From assembly GCA_963790475.1 (NCBI GenBank), contig CAWBOS010000010.1:1632001-1696000 (forward strand): a stretch of DNA of 64,000 bases. The letters are read 5' to 3'. Source of the DNA: an uncultured delta proteobacterium (lineage in GTDB: Bacteria; Desulfobacterota; RBG-13-43-22). The notes under the pieces are model-generated. The model saw only the letters and a list, made by a program, of their open reading frames with translations, was not told the DNA's origin and made no database searches. The position numbers were made by a program, and so were the translations under genes. Shown here in pieces: positions 19,340 to 28,422 of the stretch; positions within the stretch are counted from its first letter, which is position 1; each line of letters begins with the position of its first letter.

Positions 19340-20227
19340 ATGATGAACAATTGGTATGACAAAACGATCCAAGCTCTTCAACTCAACGGTAAAGGGGAAC
19401 GCACCCAGGAAGCCTACGCCCGCTCCGTCCGCATGCTCACCCAGTTTTATAACAAAACTCCTGATTCCATCAGCGAACAGGAACTTCAGGATTATTTTCT
19501 TCAACGGAAAAATGTCGATAAGTGGGCCCCCAATACCATGCGGATATGCTATTGCGGCATACGCTTCTTTTTTGAAAAAGTACTCCAGCGCAACTGGCAC
19601 ATCCTCGGAATCCTCCGAGCCCAAACCGAACGAAGACTCCCGGCCGTCTTGAGCGTTGAAGAAGTCCGTAAACTCCTGGCCCAGGTTAAAACCTTCCAGA
19701 ACTATGCCTATCTTTCCACCGTCTACTCCTGCGGTCTGAGACTTCAGGAGGGACTCTATCTCGAAGTCTCCGATATCGATAGTGACCGGATGATGATCCA
19801 TATCCACCGGGGCAAAGGCGCCAAAGATCGCTATGTCCCTCTCCCCCAATCCACTCTCAGCCTGCTCCGTCGCTATTGGGTCACCCACCGTCATCCTGCC
19901 CTCCTTTTTCCAGCCATCGGCCGAACCAGACAAGGCGTCAAGGAAGCTAAAACGCCCATGGCCAAAAGCAGTGTCCAAGGGGCCTTCCGTCGAGCCAAGT
20001 TTGCTGCCGGAATCCACAAAAAAATGGTCTCTGTTCATACCCTCCGGCACTCTTATGCCACCCATCTGCTTGAGGCCGGCGTCAACCTTCGGGTCATCCA
20101 AAGATACATGGGCCACGGCCAATTGGAAACGACCATGGTCTATTTGCATCTCACTCAAAAAGGTCAAGAGGATGCCTGCCAGTTGATCAATCAGGTGATG
20201 GGGGGCTTAGACCATGACCACCATTAA
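19340..20227 (+). CDS. Site-specific tyrosine recombinase (SAM-like N-domain, IntI/Xer-related)
   Basis: YSCGLR, GKGAKDR, HTLRHSYATHLLE, MGH..LETT.VY. Confidence 0.95.
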   Translation: MMNNWYDKTIQALQLNGKGERTQEAYARSVRMLTQFYNKTPDSISEQELQDYFLQRKNVDKWAPNTMRICYCGIRFFFEKVLQRNWHILGILRAQTERRLPAVLSVEEVRKLLAQVKTFQNYAYLSTVYSCGLRLQEGLYLEVSDIDSDRMMIHIHRGKGAKDRYVPLPQSTLSLLRRYWVTHRHPALLFPAIGRTRQGVKEAKTPMAKSSVQGAFRRAKFAAGIHKKMVSVHTLRHSYATHLLEAGVNLRVIQRYMGHGQLETTMVYLHLTQKGQEDACQLINQVMGGLDHDHH

Positions 20228-21314
20228 TGAGATCTTTCGAACCTTCGGCCCCCAATACCTGGGGCGCTACGGTCAGACTATGCCTAAAATACACCGCCAG
20301 GTCATCGAGGCCATCATCGGCTGCCGTACCGAAGCCTGCGGCCTCGTCCTATACCAGTGTGAAAAATGCGGCCAGTCCCATCTGATCTATCGTTCCTGCG
20401 GCAATCGCCATTGCCCCACTTGTCAACACCATAAAACCCAACAGTGGTTGGATAAACAGATAAAGCATCAACTTCCCGGACATCATTTCATGATGACCTT
20501 TACCGTCCCCGAACAACTGCGCCGCTTTATACGGAAAAATCAGAGGGTGGCTTATTCCGCCTTGTTCAAAGCCTCCTCCGAGGCCATCAAAAAGCTGGCT
20601 CCGGACGAAAAATACATCGGCGGTGATCTTCCGGGATTCCTCGGGGTCCTTCATACCTGGGGACGTACCTTGGAGTATCACCCCCATATCCATTACATCG
20701 TCCCCGGCGGAGCCCTCTCCACCACTGACGGTCTCTGGCATCCCTCAAGGATCGATTTTTATCTCCCGGTCAGAGCCCTCTCCAAAATCTTTAAGGCCAA
20801 GTTCAAAAAGGCCATGAAAGAAGTCGGTCTCTTCGAGCAAATCCCTACTGAGGTCTGGCAGATCGACTGGAACGTCAACTCTCAAGCCGTAGGTTCCTCC
20901 GAAGCCAGCCTAAAATACCTCGCCCCTTATGTCTTCAAAGTGGCGATCTCCAATTCCCGCATCCTCAAGGTGGAAAACAACACCGTCTTCTTCCGATACA
21001 CCAAACCTCATAGCCATCGGTTGAGGACTATGGCCCTCGGTTCCATGGAATTCCTCCGCCGTTTCCTTCAGCATGTCCTGCCCACCGGATTCATGAAAAT
21101 CCGCTATTACGGCTTCATGAACCCCAATTGCTCGGTCCCTTTCGAAAGAATATCTACCCTCATTCAAATGGCCTATTCCTTCGTCTTGAAGATGCCCGAA
21201 TATCAGCAAAGCCCTTCTCCAACTCCCATCTGTCCCAACTGCGGCGGAACCCTCAGATACCTCGTATCCTTCATCCCCGGTCTCACTCCTCAATTGACCC
21301 TGGACAGTTCTTGA
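20214..21314 (+). CDS. IS91-family transposase (Zn-binding + Y2 domain)
   Basis: SCGNRHCPTCQ, HTWG..L.YHPHIH (HUH), YLAPY, HVLP.GF.KIRYYG. Confidence 0.95.
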   Translation: MTTINEIFRTFGPQYLGRYGQTMPKIHRQVIEAIIGCRTEACGLVLYQCEKCGQSHLIYRSCGNRHCPTCQHHKTQQWLDKQIKHQLPGHHFMMTFTVPEQLRRFIRKNQRVAYSALFKASSEAIKKLAPDEKYIGGDLPGFLGVLHTWGRTLEYHPHIHYIVPGGALSTTDGLWHPSRIDFYLPVRALSKIFKAKFKKAMKEVGLFEQIPTEVWQIDWNVNSQAVGSSEASLKYLAPYVFKVAISNSRILKVENNTVFFRYTKPHSHRLRTMALGSMEFLRRFLQHVLPTGFMKIRYYGFMNPNCSVPFERISTLIQMAYSFVLKMPEYQQSPSPTPICPNCGGTLRYLVSFIPGLTPQLTLDSS

Positions 21315-21998
21315 ACGGTCTTCCTAAGACCCCCTTCTTAAATCCAAAATGTCAAAGAACTAAAGCGGTAGGGACTCCTATGTCCAGAGTCCTAAAAATC
21401 GATGGGTGCTTTTATCTGATCAGTGAAAAAAGGTATTGCCGTGCTTCGTAAGGTAAGTTCTTAGTCCTTTTCCTGTTCCCTGAGTCTATTTATAAGCTTT
21501 TTATCCTCTCCTCAGTTCGTCCCCCTTCGAACCTTTACCCTTTATAGATCGTCATTATTTATCCGGGCTTCTTGAACAATGGATTGAAACGACCTTTCAG
21601 GATCGTCTCAATCCTTATTGGTTAGGCCTTTGTGTCATGACTAGCACGGGCGATGTAAGGCCTGGGACGGAATCGAAAAAGAACAAAGATGCCAGTAATG
21701 AACAAAGTGGCACCCAGCCAAGAAAGTTGAGAACTTGGCGCTGCCGTAAAAAAGTGAAAATACACCATCGGCGCAACGCCGCTCAGGCCACTAACCGCCC
21801 TGCCTTTTGAGCCGTCCCGCCATGTCCACCCCAGCACACTGATCCACATCTTGGCTCGGGCATGCACTCTTGAACGTGCAGAGCCTTTGGACGGAGATTT
21901 CGGCGATGGCGGATGAGTTCTAGGCTCACTCACATCTCGGCGAGCCACCACCTGATGCGCGGCACAGCCGTTGACAATCCGCCGGATGCCACAACTCA

Positions 21999-22745
21999 TC
22001 ACCGCGTCATCAGCGCGAACACACCCCAACCTAGGTATTCACGTGTGTAAGCGGCGTAGCGCTCGGGTTCCGAGGTCAGTTTGGCTCGAACATCTTTCGC
22101 GAACTCGTCGTCGGGATTAGCTTCAAGCCATCGGCGCATGGTGAGCCATTTAGCCGCCTCGTATCTGTCCCAGCCGTCTTGGTCTGCCAAAACCATTTCC
22201 ACGACGTCGTAGTCAAGGTGGCCGAAAGACGCGAGAAGTTCTGGAAGCGTGAGAAAGTCGGAGATTGAGCCGGCAAGACACCCCTTGGCAACATCTTCCG
22301 TCGGCGGTAACTGCCGCCAGTAGGGCTCGCCGATGAGGATGATCCCTCCGGTGCGGAGGCTCTGCGCCAGAAGCTCGATAGTGCCGATGACTCCCCCAGC
22401 GATCCATGTAGCACCGACACAGGCTGCCACACCGGCCTTGTCGTCCGAGACGTAGCCGGTAGCATCGCCATGGATGAACTTGACTTGATCGGCGACGCCG
22501 AGTTCTTCAGCGCGGAGTTTCGCTTGCTCGGTGAACAACTGGCTCATGTCGATGCCGGTGCCGATGACTCCGTAATCGCGTGCCCAGGTGCACAGCATCT
22601 CCCCCGAACCGCTGCCGAGGTCGAGCACTCGGGTCCCCGTTTCCAGACGCAGCGCCGCGCCGAGAGTGGCGAGCTTTTCGGGTGTGAACGGGTTATGGAT
22701 GCGGTGAGCACTTTCGGTGATGTTGAATATCCGTGGAATGTCCAT
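21999..22745 (-). CDS. yjhP: Class I SAM-dependent methyltransferase (YjhP-like), cassette gene
   Basis: MDIPRIF.I.ES.HRIHNPFT, LDLGSGSGEMLCTWARD, WDRYEAAKWLTMRRWLEANPDD. Confidence 0.85.
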   Translation of the reverse strand: MDIPRIFNITESAHRIHNPFTPEKLATLGAALRLETGTRVLDLGSGSGEMLCTWARDYGVIGTGIDMSQLFTEQAKLRAEELGVADQVKFIHGDATGYVSDDKAGVAACVGATWIAGGVIGTIELLAQSLRTGGIILIGEPYWRQLPPTEDVAKGCLAGSISDFLTLPELLASFGHLDYDVVEMVLADQDGWDRYEAAKWLTMRRWLEANPDDEFAKDVRAKLTSEPERYAAYTREYLGWGVFALMTR

Positions 22746-22786
22746 TTCGGGAAATCTCCTTATGGGTGTGAATAGATTCGGTCACG

Positions 22787-22830
22787 GCCTAACAAAATAT
22801 TGAATAGTTTCTTTTCAATTACCAAGAAAT
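22787..22830 (-). other. attI-like or secondary site heading the array
   Basis: Minus strand ATTCAAT-ATTTT-GTTAGGC in AT-rich DNA, with no attC palindrome. Confidence 0.5.
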
Positions 22831-23341
22831 TTTAGAATTGATCATTTAAACAATAAATAATTGAACCATATTTATTAGATATTATTATTTTAATTTAGTT
22901 GTTCAACACCTGATTTCTATCCTTATGGGGTTTTCCGTTCAATTCGAACATACCCTGATCCTGTTTCCAAATGAGGGTCAGAACCAGGGTAAAAATTTGG
23001 ATCTTACCGGAACTGGGTGTTTTCTTGGGTGGATCTTTTGAGGCATGGAGCTGGGCCATAAATCTCCTCAAGATCTGAAGGAAGAGGGTTGTTGGATTGA
23101 GGGTGCTGGGGACTTATTAACATAACCGCCTAATTTGTCAAGAAATTAGTTTTTGCCGTTGGCAATATTCGACATTAGATCAAATAGGTTTCGTGGTTCG
23201 ACCCCGATTTGCACGCCCCAATTTCTTATCTTTACAAAGAGAAATAATTTATCTAATTTAAATTATTTAAATTAAAAATGACCGTAAGACCGGTCAAAAC
23301 ATTTCTAAAATGATGATATACTACAGAAAGGAGAATCTGGT

Positions 23342-24643
23342 ATGCGGATACTGTTTGTCTCGACCAATCGATCCAGAGCTGCCATGTTACCGATGCCGCT
23401 GGGACTGGCCTCCATCATTGCCCAGATGCATGAAGCGCGACACGAGATCAGAGCGCTTGACCTGATGTTTTGCGATCAGCCCGAAGCAGAATTAATGCAA
23501 ACCTTGGCAGGTTTTAAACCCCAGATAATCGCCCTTTCCATCAGAAACCTGGATAATCAAAGCTGTCTCAATACAGAATACTATCTACCCCTGGAAAAAA
23601 AATTCGTTGAACTGTGCCGGGAAAACTCCCGGGCAACCCTTATCATTGGCGGAGCGGCCTTTACCGTCAGTCCGGTGGCGGTTTTTGGATATCTTGAGCC
23701 CGACTTTGGAGTTATCGGCGAAGGCGAAACCGTATTTCCGAAACTGGTCGATCGAATAGAACAAGGCTCCGATTGCACCGATCTGCCGGGACTGGTCTGG
23801 AGAGATGCCGGTGGCATTCGACATAATCCGCACGCATTCGTCACCGACCTGGACGCACTGAAGCCTCCGCGCCGGGATCTGTTCGATAATCAGCGATACG
23901 CCAAGGAAAGGGGCATGGCCAATATCGTGGTGAAACAGGGCTGCCCATTCGGGTGTCTCTATTGTGACAGCCCGCATGTTATGGGTAAACACTGGCGGAT
24001 GAAATCTCCGCAAACCGTAGCGGCGGAGCTGGAATCGATCCAGAAGGACATTGGTGTTAAGATGTTGTATTTTACTGATGCCATTTTCAATCATCCGGTA
24101 GAACATGCCAAAGCCATCTGCCAGGCTATTATCGATCGCGGACTGAGCATTCGTTGGGTGGCAACCTTACATCCTGCCTTTGCAGACCATTCACTCCTGG
24201 AATTGATGAAGAAAGCCGGCTGTGTGGTGGCTTCATCCAGTTGTGACACTTGCTCTGAAAAGATGCTCCAGGTCATGCGAAAGGGATTCACCAAGGATGA
24301 ATTAAAGTCCTGCCTGATCATGCTGGAAGAGATGCAAATAAGTTACATCCCCTCCCTGCTGTTCGGCGCTCCCGGGGAGAACAGGGAAACGGTGGAAGAG
24401 TCCATCCGATTCCTCGAAGAACGAAAACCCATGATGCTGGATTTCTGCGCGGGGATAAGGTTAATGCCCCATACACCGCTGTTCGACATTGCGGTCAGCG
24501 AGGGCGTTATTTCTGCCGACGACCCGCTCATGGAGCCCAGGTTCTACATCAGCCCCGATATCGCAGACTGGATCGAGGAATACCTCACGAAGATTTGTTC
24601 CACCCATGAAAAATGGAATGTGAACTGGAGAAACAAGCCGTGA
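23342..24643 (+). CDS. B12-binding radical SAM protein
   Basis: N-terminal cobalamin-binding domain (SIRNLDN), CPFGCLYC motif. Confidence 0.9.
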   Translation: MRILFVSTNRSRAAMLPMPLGLASIIAQMHEARHEIRALDLMFCDQPEAELMQTLAGFKPQIIALSIRNLDNQSCLNTEYYLPLEKKFVELCRENSRATLIIGGAAFTVSPVAVFGYLEPDFGVIGEGETVFPKLVDRIEQGSDCTDLPGLVWRDAGGIRHNPHAFVTDLDALKPPRRDLFDNQRYAKERGMANIVVKQGCPFGCLYCDSPHVMGKHWRMKSPQTVAAELESIQKDIGVKMLYFTDAIFNHPVEHAKAICQAIIDRGLSIRWVATLHPAFADHSLLELMKKAGCVVASSSCDTCSEKMLQVMRKGFTKDELKSCLIMLEEMQISYIPSLLFGAPGENRETVEESIRFLEERKPMMLDFCAGIRLMPHTPLFDIAVSEGVISADDPLMEPRFYISPDIADWIEEYLTKICSTHEKWNVNWRNKP

Positions 24644-24997
24644 TGACCTTTAATAGAAGCATCAGTATAAAAACACGTCATCAAAGAACCCCGTGGTTAT
24701 GATCTGCGGCTTACCCAAGGAATATGAATAAGAAGGGGAGAAAAAGGACCGCGATTTTCAGGCGTCGCTCTTGATTTTTTTAAAGGTGGACATATCTTTA
24801 TAACATGAGATAAAAAAGCAGTTTCCCGAATTGCCATTTTTTCTCGATTGAAAACTACAGATCAGGGTCAATATGGGTTATCAACGAAAACCACAATCAA
24901 ATTTCACTTAAAATACCTAACCCGGACAAGCCGGAACCATAGTTGAAATATTGTAACATGTGGTGGATTCGTAAAAAGTCGCCGAAAGCCTATTTTC

Positions 24998-25075
24998 GTC
25001 ATTCCCTTGAAAAAGGGAATCCAGTGTTTTTAATAAGTTGAGAATAGCCTGGATTCCCGCCTCCGCGGGAATGAC
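24998..25075. repeat. REP-like palindromic repeat
   Basis: GTCATTCCC...GGGAATCCAG...CTGGATTCCCGC...GCGGGAATGAC. Confidence 0.85.
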
Positions 25076-25136
25076 GACGAAATATTCTATCCAATTTGAG
25101 TAGAATTCTATTCCTAAGTTACTAAAGGAAAAAGTG

Positions 25137-25430
25137 ATGATTGAGATAACGATAACGGAAACAGCGAAAATTGAACTTTCCAAGGTACTGAGATATTTTG
25201 ATGCTCAATCCGTTCGGTTGATTCAGAAAGGCTATGGTTGAACCGGCCCCAGATTGGCAATGGTTCTGGATGAACCAAGAGAAGAAGATGAAATCGTGCA
25301 TTTACAAGACTTCGAGTTCGTTTATAATAAACACGAGAAAGATTTATTTAATCAAACTCTTATAGACTATAAAGATTCCTGGTATGGTGAAGGTTTTACG
25401 GTCTGCTCTCCGACCTCCGAGCCATGTTGA
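25137..25430 (+). CDS. HesB/IscA-like selenoprotein (UGA = Sec at codon 35)
   Basis: MIEITITETAK...VRLIQKGYG-TGA-TGPRLAMVLDEPREED...IDY..SWYGEGF...C. RBS AAGGA. SECIS-like hairpin just after the TGA at 25239-41. Confidence 0.85.
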
Positions 25431-25853
25431 AATAGATAGCAGTAGGGATCATAAATCGGGGACAGCCACTCTTTTTTAAATGAAAACAATGAATCAGGAT
25501 TTTAGTGTTCACGAAGCGTATCTGAAAATGAAAAGAGGGAGGTTGTTCATTTCATTCACTTTAGGTTTATTAAATTTTATCTGCAGATAACAGAAAAAAA
25601 ATTTTCAATACTTTTATTCTAGCCATGTCCGTAACTGAAGGAGGAGATTTTAATATTCTCTTCCACAGATAAAGGGAAAACTGAGGATGAGGAGATATCT
25701 CAATTCATTTTTTTCCTTTAATAAGGTTATCATATTTATCCGGATTTTCCAAAAAATGAATTAGTGAATGAAATTAACGACTTCCCGTTTTAAGTATTTT
25801 ATGAGCAACTGAAAATCAACATGAAAAAACCAAGGGCAGCAAGGCGATGGGTT

Positions 25854-27200
25854 TCAACCGTCCCTGATCGAGACACTAATTTCATCATAATCCGGTAGAT
25901 CAGTCTCGACATTTCGAACCACTGGAATTATGTATCCGCTCACACTGGCCAACATTCCTGATACAGCTGTGCAAAGAAACATTATTGCAATCCCGGCCCC
26001 CGGGCCGGTGCCTACAAGCCAACCAAAGGTATCCGCTAAAAGGCCCCCGGAAGACATGGCCGGTTCAAATAGGCGATCTGCTAACGGCCCTGCAAGAATA
26101 TAGGCTAATGGAAGGCTCATCTGCTGTGCCATTCCCTGAACGGAGAATACTCGTCCCTGGGCATTGGGAGCGACCTTTTTCTGCCATAGGGAACGATTGG
26201 CGCTGTCAATTAGCGGTATGAACAGGGCTGATAAAAAGGCCGCCGATGTCCAGACCGGAATACTGCGACCCGTTGCAAAAAGAATATCACCTAATATGAA
26301 AGATGCTCCTGCCCCCGCAAGAATTCCGTGGATTAGTCGTTTTGGCCCTCCCCAGAGAGTTACTATTGTGGCTCCAACGATCCCACCAACACCAAGGGTG
26401 GCCTGAACCGTTGCCAGCGCCATTTCATTACCACTGCTTCGAGCAAGGATCAATACAGGCAGGATCGAAAAATAGGTTAGACCCGCAAAAAAGTTTATGC
26501 CTGAGAAGATTAACAAGAGCCCTAATAATCCCCTGCGTTGAAGAATGTATCGAAAACCGAAACTGAAATTCTGCCAAAAAGAAGAGCAAGTCGTTCTATC
26601 CGTGGACTCAGGCGCAGGGTTAGGAATATGAATTACTAATAAGGTGCTGACTGCCATCAAAAATGTAATGATGTCGATCAGCATTATTCCATTAATATGG
26701 ATCACGTAAATTAAAATACCGGCCAAAATTGGGGCAAATACCTGCGCCATATAATCAGCGAGCGACCAGAGTGCGCTGGCTCTTGTGTATTGAGTTTTTG
26801 CCACCAAGCAGGTTATTGCGGCCCTATAAGCAGGGACCTGAAACGCCATAAACAATCCAGCAATAGTCCGGCTCAAATATATGTGCCATATCCGCAAATC
26901 GCCATTGAGATAAAAGAACAGGATCGCTGTTGTCATTAGACCTTCTCCGATATCACTCAGGATAAGAACAAAACGCCGGTTAAAGCGATCGACCACTATT
27001 CCTGCCAATGGGCTGATGAGGATATACGGCACAAAGGTAAAAAAGCCTACTAAAGCTAATGTAGTCGCCCTGCCTGTCTGCTGATAGGCCCATATTAAAA
27101 GCGCGAAACGTGTCATACCTGTTCCCGATATGGATATCAACCGACCTAACCATATAATGATAAATGTTTGCCAATTACTGACATATTGATTCTTGAACAT
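25854..27200 (-). CDS. MFS efflux transporter (DHA3/macrolide-efflux-like)
   Basis: About 12 TM segments, AG.VVDRFNRR motif A, QGRVFS. Confidence 0.85.
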   Translation of the reverse strand: MFKNQYVSNWQTFIIIWLGRLISISGTGMTRFALLIWAYQQTGRATTLALVGFFTFVPYILISPLAGIVVDRFNRRFVLILSDIGEGLMTTAILFFYLNGDLRIWHIYLSRTIAGLFMAFQVPAYRAAITCLVAKTQYTRASALWSLADYMAQVFAPILAGILIYVIHINGIMLIDIITFLMAVSTLLVIHIPNPAPESTDRTTCSSFWQNFSFGFRYILQRRGLLGLLLIFSGINFFAGLTYFSILPVLILARSSGNEMALATVQATLGVGGIVGATIVTLWGGPKRLIHGILAGAGASFILGDILFATGRSIPVWTSAAFLSALFIPLIDSANRSLWQKKVAPNAQGRVFSVQGMAQQMSLPLAYILAGPLADRLFEPAMSSGGLLADTFGWLVGTGPGAGIAIMFLCTAVSGMLASVSGYIIPVVRNVETDLPDYDEISVSIRDG

Positions 27201-27295
27201 TTTTTATACTCCATTTTAGCCGCCCGCTTGGATCGGCGAGACGCAAAGAGCGCTGAAGACAATATGTTTTAACGTTGGTGCTGTTTCTTCAGAAC

Positions 27296-27333
27296 AAAAA
27301 AAAACGGCTGCGGGAGTGTACCCGCAGCCGTTT
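27296..27333 (-). terminator. Intrinsic terminator upstream of MFS gene (possible attenuator)
   Basis: CGGCTGCGGG/CCCGCAGCCG stem followed by T9 on the minus strand. Confidence 0.75.
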
Positions 27334-27364
27334 GTGTAGCTGTATTTATTTAATTTATTATGTC

Positions 27365-27404
27365 AAAAAAAGGGCACACCTCTGGCGTTGAAATAGAAGT
27401 GGCC
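27365..27404 (-). terminator. Second terminator-like hairpin
   Basis: GGCCACTTCT/AGAGGTGTGCC followed by T7 on the minus strand. Confidence 0.5.
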
Positions 27405-27776
27405 TCCAATGGTTAATAATATGTATTCATGTGGAATCATATAATTCTTTAGGTATGTTAAATACTTCTCCTTTTGAATTAAGAGGAAGTTTATCATGCT
27501 TAATAGAAAAGTCAATCTTTTTGTGAGTTAGGGTCTCGCTCTTGGCTCTTAATCGTTCTTTTGGATAAACAGAAACAACCCAATGGCAAAAAACCATCAC
27601 AACATTTTTTTCCTTGACCACGGTTTTTTCGTTCCTTAGAGAAGTTCATCTTAGTGGAAGGAATTCCGATGGAGGAAATCTTCAACGAAAAATAATGAAA
27701 GTAATCTTTTCAAAATTAGCCAAGCCGATCAGGAGTGCGGTGACCATCTGTCTGAATTGAACCTGCTTATTTTAGT

Positions 27777-27903
27777 TTATCCCTTCTCTTTTCCGGTGGC
27801 CAACCATTGCCGGAAAAGTTCGTAAATATCTTTTCGCGGGCCCAAGTAGTGATTTAATTTGCTTGCTGGAAGTTTCAGAATAAAGCAGGCGATAGGAAGG
27901 CAT
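27777..27903 (-). pseudogene. RelE/ParE toxin with internal deletion
   Basis: N-terminus MPSYRLLYSETSSKQIKSL joined out of frame to C-terminus HYLGPRKDIYELF. Confidence 0.75.
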
Positions 27904-28178
27904 TATTCTTTCCAGGCCGAATCATGGTCCAACACTCGGCCTTCTTTAAAATCTTTTTTTGAGGCCTGTAGAGCAGTTATTATCTTTCGGTCACTCAAAA
28001 CCTCGATCGTCTCCAGGAGACCTTCATACCGGGATAGCGACATCATCACCCCGATGGGCTCACCATTCTTGGTCAGGGCAATCGTCTCCTCTTCCTTTTC
28101 CATATTTTTAAGAATATCAAGAAGGTTTCTTTTTACTTTGGTAACGGGCAGAATTTTCTGGAAATCTTCCATGGGCAC
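27903..28178 (-). CDS. Phd/YefM antitoxin
   Basis: TKNGEP.GVMMS...YEGLLETIEVLSD. Confidence 0.9.
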   Translation of the reverse strand: MPMEDFQKILPVTKVKRNLLDILKNMEKEEETIALTKNGEPIGVMMSLSRYEGLLETIEVLSDRKIITALQASKKDFKEGRVLDHDSAWKE

Positions 28179-28248
28179 TCCTGAATGATATTTTTAATGA
28201 CCATTATAATTTTCAAATTAAATTTGTCAACAAACAATTAAACAGGAT

Positions 28249-28294
28249 AAAAAAACCCCCGATGGACTATAAATTAGCCCTCGGGGGTTTTTTT
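28249..28294. terminator. Bidirectional intrinsic terminator after ahcY
   Basis: A7-CCCCCGA...TCGGGGG-T7. Confidence 0.8.
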
Positions 28295-28422
28295 ATCAAT
28301 TTCATATTCCTAAGAAGCGTCCCGAATCCTGATAATAGCTTCATTGGGGTGATAGGCGATGGGGTTTAGGAGATCAGAGTCCCCGGTTTTTCTCCGAGTC
28401 CCCGTCTCACCCCGTCAATGTT

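Larger units (their letters stand above)
19181..21623 (+). mobile_element. Tyrosine recombinase + IS91-family (Y2 HUH) transposase element
   Basis: Bounded by GTT at 19178-80 and 21621-23. Removal restores the attC. terIS-like hairpin GCCGCTGTGCGGC at the left end, long hairpin at the right end. Confidence 0.88.
17482..22793 (-). mobile_element. Integron gene-cassette array without adjacent intI (CALIN), 3 cassettes
   Basis: Three attC sites. Each cassette's starting GTTRRRY core is the exact complement of its own R'' box (GTTAGGC, GTTGGAT, GTTAGCG). Confidence 0.88.

Noticed and set aside
19238-20167. 309-aa ORF antisense to the integrase
   Set aside because: Shadow ORF on the opposite strand of a clear tyrosine recombinase, with no motifs of its own.
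21622-22029. 135-aa ORF ending at the attC R'' box
   Set aside because: It overlaps the methyltransferase. Only the hydrophobic last ~50 codons look real, so it may be a remnant. No attC is visible at the internal GTTAGTG (21789-21795).
22894-23058. 54-codon minus-strand ORF upstream of the attI-like site as an intI remnant
   Set aside because: No recombinase motifs, and it has the wrong orientation for a typical intI.
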